Source of the DNA: Desulfurococcales archaeon
GTDB lineage: Archaea; Thermoproteota; Thermoprotei_A; Sulfolobales; Desulfurococcaceae
Direction: 5' to 3'
Length of the DNA stretch: 64,000 nucleotides
Assembly: GCA_027022365.1 (NCBI GenBank)
Contig: JALVYU010000026.1
Coordinates: 96,001 to 160,000 of the forward strand
The notes beneath the pieces were generated by a model, which made no database searches, was not told the DNA's origin, and worked only from the letters and a program-made list of their open reading frames with translations. Each line of letters opens with the position of its first letter. Positions within the stretch are counted from its first letter, which is position 1. A program made the translations under genes and the position numbers. This document shows, in pieces, positions 58,596 through 64,000 of the stretch.

Positions 58596-59680
58596 TTAGA
58601 TCTAATAGGCTTATAGACCATATCACTGGGATCAAATACTATTTATTCAATAAGTATATTGATTATCCATTCAGACATACTGAAAAAACCTTCTACGTTG
58701 AAGAGATCGTTGACCTCAAGGGCCTAGGATTTACGGAAGAGAAAACAGACTACACGGTATTTTTGATGACTAAGAGGAATATCGAGACAATAAAAGCGAT
58801 AGAGATCATTGCACGAGTGCTCGGCATACCTTCCTCGAACATATACTATCTCGGCCTAAAGGACAAGCATGCTACATCGAAACAATATATCTTCATAAAA
58901 ACATCTATTCTAAGGAGAAAACCTCCCGAAAGCCTCCACAATGATATGATAGAGCTTCGACTCATCGGCTATGTTAGGCGCAAGCCTTCGAGAAAGTTTC
59001 TCTTAGGGAATAAATTCAAGATCGTTATTGAAAACAAAGACGTTGTTGAAGACTTGGAATCAATGATGAGAGAAATTAATTCCCGTGGTTTACCCAATTA
59101 TTATGGCTACCAGAGATTCGGTGCAAGAAGGCCAAATTCACATATTCTCGGAAAATTTCTTCTCCTTAACCTATACGATCTCTTTACAGGAGAGCTCTTG
59201 AACACTATTTACTCTTATGAGGACGACAAGGAAATAGTTGCTAGGTGTACGAAAAGGTTTTCTGGAAAACGTTTTATCTATGAGGAATTATTTTCTTCAG
59301 TGTACAAGCTTTTCAAGACGAGTACATCAAGAAAGCGTATCCTAACATTATTACTGGAAGCATATCTATCATATCTGTTTAACGCACTACTGAATAAGAT
59401 AATTGAGGAACATGGATGGAGCGCACTAAACAGAGTTTACCCGGTAGCGTCTTGTAGGGATTCCCAGAAATATTATGGTGAAATACTTGTTTCTGAGGAC
59501 ATACCATATGATCTCCTCAAGGGCATTCCATGCTGGTTTAGAACAGGGATCCTTATTCCAAAGAATGTATCAATCTATAATCTCGATGATAGGACTTTCC
59601 TCGAGTTCGAGCTAGGAGTAGGAGAGTATGCTTCAGTAGTTCTCAGAGAGATCTTTAAGAATAAATATATGTTATATTAG
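58592..59680 (+). CDS. truD: tRNA pseudouridine(13) synthase TruD
   Basis: GLKDKHA, GNKF, PNYYGYQRFG, G.YASVVLRE. Confidence 0.9.
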   Translation: MIRSNRLIDHITGIKYYLFNKYIDYPFRHTEKTFYVEEIVDLKGLGFTEEKTDYTVFLMTKRNIETIKAIEIIARVLGIPSSNIYYLGLKDKHATSKQYIFIKTSILRRKPPESLHNDMIELRLIGYVRRKPSRKFLLGNKFKIVIENKDVVEDLESMMREINSRGLPNYYGYQRFGARRPNSHILGKFLLLNLYDLFTGELLNTIYSYEDDKEIVARCTKRFSGKRFIYEELFSSVYKLFKTSTSRKRILTLLLEAYLSYLFNALLNKIIEEHGWSALNRVYPVASCRDSQKYYGEILVSEDIPYDLLKGIPCWFRTGILIPKNVSIYNLDDRTFLEFELGVGEYASVVLREIFKNKYMLY

Positions 59681-59688
59681 GACTCATA

Positions 59689-60189
59689 TTACTCGAACCT
59701 TATCCTTACAGGACGCCCAAGGAGCTCTGACAATATTTCCTCCAGATATTTCCTCTTGCCAGCCAAAAATCTCTGGTCTTGTCTAGAGATCCTTATGACC
59801 GTCTGCTCCGATCCATCCGGTAGCCATAGAGTGTTTATGCCTAGGAGACTTGCAGGATAGATTAACTGCTCAACAATCCTCTTCTTCTCCGGAGAATAAT
59901 TGACAACTCTGACCCTTGCTCTAAGCTTGCTTGACAACTTCTTGCTTAACCGTTCGAGTATCTCCATATTGTCTATTCCGCGTATCAGTATCACTATGAA
60001 GCTATCATACTTGTATGAGCGAACATATTCTCCTTGATCTCTTAGCTCCTTGATCTGCTCCTCGATCTCCATTAGTGATTTCATTATCGGTATTTCGTAC
60101 TCCTTAACGATCCCCGTGTCTACTTTGCGCTGGCAGCTGGGACAGAGTATACCGCTACGTACACATATTCTATCGAGCGGGTACCTCAA
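59689..60189 (-). CDS. NusA-like KH domain protein
   Basis: CVRSGILCPSC N-terminus and KH-like domains. Confidence 0.75.
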   Translation of the reverse strand: MRYPLDRICVRSGILCPSCQRKVDTGIVKEYEIPIMKSLMEIEEQIKELRDQGEYVRSYKYDSFIVILIRGIDNMEILERLSKKLSSKLRARVRVVNYSPEKKRIVEQLIYPASLLGINTLWLPDGSEQTVIRISRQDQRFLAGKRKYLEEILSELLGRPVRIRFE

Positions 60190-60317
60190 TGTTTCTTCCT
60201 CACCGTCCGCCCATTACTCTGTTTCATTCACAGTTAGGACTAGATAAGTCAGTAGAGTATATTAATGGTATCCCTAGGTATCCCTGCAAAGCATGCATGA
60301 AGGAAGAGGTGACATTT

Positions 60318-60470
60318 TGTCTCCTCGGTAACCGGCGCATCAATCATCCCGGCCCGGTCTCGAGGAGAAGGTACCTCATTGGAACATTGCACTAACAATG
60401 GATTGAAGGCCGGGAACCCCCGAGTCATCCCATGCCTGTTCGGCAGATGTCGCTCGGGGAGCGGGGGTCA
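60318..60470 (-). ncRNA. Structured RNA candidate with two K-turn/K-loop hairpins (H/ACA-like)
   Basis: Minus strand: CCCCGAG-CGA...GGATGA-CTCGGGG, and CTCCTCG...GGATGATTGA...CGAGGAG followed directly by ACA. Confidence 0.45.
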
Positions 60471-60522
60471 TTCTCCACTATTGTTCTCTTCTGATAAATA
60501 TTTTTGACCCCAGTACAAATCC

Positions 60523-60586
60523 TCGTTATGATGAGGTGTTCCGGCGGAACTGAGCCCCGGCGATGATGTACTCTTCGCTGACCCGA
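60523..60586 (+). ncRNA. C/D box sRNA
   Basis: C ATGATGA 60528-60534, D' CTGA 60550-60553, C' GCGATGA 60560-60566, D CTGA 60578-60581. Confidence 0.85.
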
Positions 60587-60588
60587 CG

Positions 60589-61143
60589 CTACTTGATCTT
60601 CAGACCGATACTGGCTAGCCTGTTCTTTATGAGTATTTGTTCTTCCCGCGGGAATAGCTTAATAGTCCTCTCAATCAGTTTTAGATCAATCTTTTTCAGC
60701 TTCTTTATATAATTGGAGAGTTTCTCTAAATCAATGCCCTGCCTGGCTTTCAGTACAAAATATTCTTCTTGCTTGATGAGCTTGACCTTGTATCCTTCAA
60801 GCTTAATACTTCTAGCAGATTCTAGTATCTCTAGAGGAATATTGAAATCCATGAAATTCTCATATATCTCAATTATGATCTCTTTATCGCCCACCGACGC
60901 TATGAACCTGGGCGTACCTATATCGGTAGTAGTATAGCCCCACCCCTCCTTCTCGGCTATTTCTCCATAGAACTCCTGCTCAATAAGGGGACTCGGCTCC
61001 AAGGCATATAAATCCACGTCTCCACGAAACGTCCGGGTTTTTAATGCCAATTGCACGACTGTATCTCCTATAATCACATAGTCTACACCGTGATCAATAA
61101 GTCTACCTAGGACAAACGCTAGTTCTTTCAAACCATAACCCAT
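60589..61143 (-). CDS. Nucleotidyltransferase-family protein
   Basis: VIIGD...GDVDL...LKAR. Confidence 0.75.
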   Translation of the reverse strand: MGYGLKELAFVLGRLIDHGVDYVIIGDTVVQLALKTRTFRGDVDLYALEPSPLIEQEFYGEIAEKEGWGYTTTDIGTPRFIASVGDKEIIIEIYENFMDFNIPLEILESARSIKLEGYKVKLIKQEEYFVLKARQGIDLEKLSNYIKKLKKIDLKLIERTIKLFPREEQILIKNRLASIGLKIK

Positions 61144-61258
61144 TACCCGTCACCCTCACGAGTCATGATAGTATTTCATCAATGCTAATTTAAAGTATAG
61201 GTGTCCCTTAGGGAGAAAACTATATAGAGACAACTACCTAGGAGAACAATTATTGGAT

Positions 61259-61355
61259 GGGCCCGTAGCCTAGCCAGGATAGGGCGCCGGCCTCCTAAGC
61301 ACATCTCGACTGCAGGGCCAGCCGGAGACCCGGGGTTCGAATCCCCGCGGGCCCG
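61259..61355 (+). tRNA. tRNA-Arg(CCT) with ~22-nt intron
   Basis: GGGCCCGTAGCCTAGCCAGGATAGGGCGCCGGCCT-CCT-A[intron]AGCCGGAGACCCGGGGTTCGAATCCCCGCGGGCCCG. Confidence 0.95.
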
Positions 61356-61379
61356 CATAACTCATTCTCCTACAACAGC

Positions 61380-61739
61380 TCAGATACATTGTTCCGCCTT
61401 CAGACCAGTCACGTATGCTCCAGCTATTACTGCGATAAACCATAATTCTAGGAACAAGTAGCCAAGGTATAGTGGCCCGATACTGGTTAGTATGAGCCAT
61501 AGAACTCCTATAAAATACGCGATCAGGGTCACTACACCGTGAAAGATCCCGGCTCTCCTTATGCGTTGATCGTTACCACCTATTTTCATCCATCCAGTTG
61601 GTAGTGGCAACCAGTCGAAGAAGGCTGCTATGAGGAACAAGAATTTAATATTATAGATGACCGCTGTTATGAAGAATACACCTGCTATAGCTACGCATAG
61701 TAGTGTTTTTGACATGTTGGATATCAATATTTTCTTCAT
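61380..61739 (-). CDS. Membrane protein
   Basis: 4 hydrophobic segments. Confidence 0.65.
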   Translation of the reverse strand: MKKILISNMSKTLLCVAIAGVFFITAVIYNIKFLFLIAAFFDWLPLPTGWMKIGGNDQRIRRAGIFHGVVTLIAYFIGVLWLILTSIGPLYLGYLFLELWFIAVIAGAYVTGLKAEQCI

Positions 61740-61806
61740 CTCCCACGAAACTTTTTTGTTTAAAAATAGGAAGAGATAGCCTAAAACTTTTTAGATATAT
61801 TCATAC

Positions 61807-62985
61807 CTAGGAGAACATCGTATGTATATCGTAGTATATCTGCCACGCCTTATTCCTAATTCGATTGCTAAAGCCTATGGCTTCATAGCCTATCGGTGTC
61901 CGTTCTTGAAGCACAGTACAACTGGCATAACTAGATGTTTCTTCGCACTTTATAGTCGGTGAGAGGCCGAGAGATTCAGCTTCCTTCAAGCTCAGCCCTA
62001 CCCTGATTATATGTGCTCCACCGATATTCTCATAGATTGTTGGCACGATCCCTCTTGTCTCCTTCCTAGTCCCCGTAATGTTCCTCGCTATGATCCTAGC
62101 ATAATGGGCGGCAATAAAGCCGAGGGGCCTATACACTTCTTTCCCGGTTATCAGGTCATGGCTTAATGAACAGTCTCCAGCGGCATAGATGCCGTCAATG
62201 CTCGTCATGCCGTTTCTCCGTATCCTTATCACTCCACGCAGCATCTCAATACCTGTTCCTTTAACTAGCTCGGTGTTCGGCCTTACACCCGTGGCAAACA
62301 CAACTATGTCTACTGGCTCGATTTTCCCAGAGGCTTTTATTTCTCTAGCAGATTTATCGCCTACGATCTCCTCGACCCTTGACCTCGTACGTATCCTAAT
62401 ACCTTTGCTCATCAGGTATTTCTCCAGTTTAGTAGATAACGGGTGATCTATCACTCCCGGCAAAATATCTTCCATAAGCTCGTAGACAGTAACTCGTACG
62501 CCAAGCTTATTGAGTGCCGTTGCCGCTGAGAGACCAACTAGTCCCGCACCGATCACCGCCACTCTTGCTGTTCTAGGTATTCTAGATAATTTCTTCAAGT
62601 CCTCGAGATCATAGAATGTCATAACGTTTTTCAGCTCGGTCCCCTTTAATGGGGGTATGAACGGCTTCCCACCGGTGGCGATCACGAGGTTATCATATGT
62701 GATCTCACCGTTACGTCTTAGTACAACTGTCTTATTACCAATGTTGAGTCTCGTGGCTACATCTTGCAGGATTTTCACTCCTTTATCTAGGAGCATGTTG
62801 TATATCCCTATGTAGGCGTAATCGATCGATAATTTCTCGCCGAGGATTTCTGCAAGTCTATGTTTTGAGTAAGGCGGCCACTCCGCGGCAACCAGTACTA
62901 TATTGCTTGGCTTATAACCATATTTTACTAGATAATATGCAGTATATAATCCCCCTATTCCTCCCCCTATAATAACTGTCTTCAC
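61807..62985 (-). CDS. FAD/NAD(P)-dependent oxidoreductase
   Basis: GGGIGG, ATGG, GAGLVG, IYAAGDC. Confidence 0.92.
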   Translation of the reverse strand: MKTVIIGGGIGGLYTAYYLVKYGYKPSNIVLVAAEWPPYSKHRLAEILGEKLSIDYAYIGIYNMLLDKGVKILQDVATRLNIGNKTVVLRRNGEITYDNLVIATGGKPFIPPLKGTELKNVMTFYDLEDLKKLSRIPRTARVAVIGAGLVGLSAATALNKLGVRVTVYELMEDILPGVIDHPLSTKLEKYLMSKGIRIRTRSRVEEIVGDKSAREIKASGKIEPVDIVVFATGVRPNTELVKGTGIEMLRGVIRIRRNGMTSIDGIYAAGDCSLSHDLITGKEVYRPLGFIAAHYARIIARNITGTRKETRGIVPTIYENIGGAHIIRVGLSLKEAESLGLSPTIKCEETSSYASCTVLQERTPIGYEAIGFSNRIRNKAWQIYYDIHTMFS

Positions 62986-62992
62986 GGCCCGC

Positions 62993-63469
62993 TCACCCTC
63001 TATTTATTATGTTTAGGTACTCGTACACTGTTCTTGTAGCGCCTCCTATACGCCTCATCTTCACCTGGTGTGCTGGCAAATACATTATGGCACCAGTGGG
63101 ACAAACGCGAACACAGGCTGGATCCCCGCCGCAGAGATCACATTTGACCAGCTCACCGCCGTAGGATTCCCTGATCGCGCCGAAGGGGCAGACGGATATA
63201 CATGCTTTACATGTGGTGCATTTCGACTGATCTAGTATAACGCGTCCGTTCTCAACATGGAGGGCATCGAATTCGCAGACATTGACACACGGTGCTGGTT
63301 CACAATGTCTACACACAGCTATATCTACGACTACTCCTTTCTCCACCACTATTGTTATCATGGCCTGTCTTTCATCGATTACACCGCTTCTGGCAAGAGA
63401 ACAGGCAAACACACATCTCATGCACGCGTTACATTTTTCCAGATCTATATCGAGCACGTGCTTGACCAA
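62993..63469 (-). CDS. 4Fe-4S dicluster electron-transfer protein
   Basis: Four Cys clusters including KCDLCGGDPACV. Confidence 0.92.
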   Translation of the reverse strand: MVKHVLDIDLEKCNACMRCVFACSLARSGVIDERQAMITIVVEKGVVVDIAVCRHCEPAPCVNVCEFDALHVENGRVILDQSKCTTCKACISVCPFGAIRESYGGELVKCDLCGGDPACVRVCPTGAIMYLPAHQVKMRRIGGATRTVYEYLNIINRG

Positions 63470-63575
63470 TACCGATCATCTCTCTCCCTTATACAAACAA
63501 ACCCCTATGCTCCATCCTCCAACAATATCTAACTAGAGGGTTAATTAGAAGGGAAGAGAAAAAATAGTGTTAAGG

Positions 63576-64000
63576 TTAGATATTGAGCTTCTTCCTCTCC
63601 TCCCAGATCCTATACAGGGTCTTGACGGCCTCTTCGGCCTCCTTTACCCTATTGCCAGCAGGTACCTCAACGCCTTTCTCGAGAACCTCATAGACTATTC
63701 CAACAGACTTGCCTTTCTTCAGCTTTCTTACAACCTCGTATTCTGGACCGTAGAATATTGCTCCGTGCGGACATACTTTTACACATTCTGGGTCTCCGCC
63801 GCAGAGATCACATTTGATCGGCTCGGCTTTCACAGTCAATGATATGGCTCCGAACGGGCAGGCGTACACACACTCGCGGCAACCTATACACTTGTTATAA
63901 TCTATAAGCCATGCACCAGCCTTCTCGTCAAAGTATATCGCGTTAGCGGGGCATGCACGTGCACATAATGCGTCGTTGCACTGCAGGCAGAATACTGGTG
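63576..64000 (-). CDS. 4Fe-4S dicluster protein (5' end outside the window)
   Basis: Frame continues upstream of the listed ORF: FCLQCNDALCARACP...KCIGCRECVYACP...KCDLCGGDPEC. Confidence 0.9.
   Translation of the reverse strand, partial: PVFCLQCNDALCARACPANAIYFDEKAGAWLIDYNKCIGCRECVYACPFGAISLTVKAEPIKCDLCGGDPECVKVCPHGAIFYGPEYEVVRKLKKGKSVGIVYEVLEKGVEVPAGNRVKEAEEAVKTLYRIWEERKKLNI

Noticed and set aside
60200-60480. SRP RNA or RNase P RNA
   Set aside because: No helix-8 GCCAGG-GGAA-AGCA motif or P4 GAGGAAAGUCC signature seen.

Overview
Archaeal DNA, most consistent with a hyperthermophilic crenarchaeote of Desulfurococcales type (intron-containing tRNAs, AGOG glycosylase, CDC48, EF-1beta, Fen1, archaeal ValRS). 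Positions 1 to about 15,130 are an accessory island, open at the left edge of the window, that ends at the 3' end of an intron-containing tRNA-Tyr. It looks like an integrated DNA-transfer (conjugative or Ced-like) element. It encodes a VirD4/HerA-type ATPase fused to a wHTH plus PD-(D/E)xK domain, VirB6-, VirB2- and PrgI-like proteins, two type IV pilins and a HEPN-MNT pair. The main observation is that the island encodes its own divergent TFB-TBP pair behind a normal TATA box, while ten island genes share a non-TATA 9-mer (consensus GYWACTAYD, mostly GYAACTATG). The 9-mer lies 42-47 nt upstream of nine start codons and 30 nt upstream of the tenth. The TBP has lost both intercalating Phe residues of its second repeat. 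Together these suggest an element-private, sigma-factor-like basal transcription system; this is an inference that needs testing. The rest is mostly housekeeping genes, with six further tRNAs, several C/D or K-turn sRNA candidates, pyrF and pfkB pseudogenes, and a small decaying island after tRNA-Leu(TAG) that holds an orphan 5-repeat CRISPR array, a frameshifted Doc/Fic toxin and a surface glycoprotein. All calls are from reading the sequence by eye; no database searches were run.
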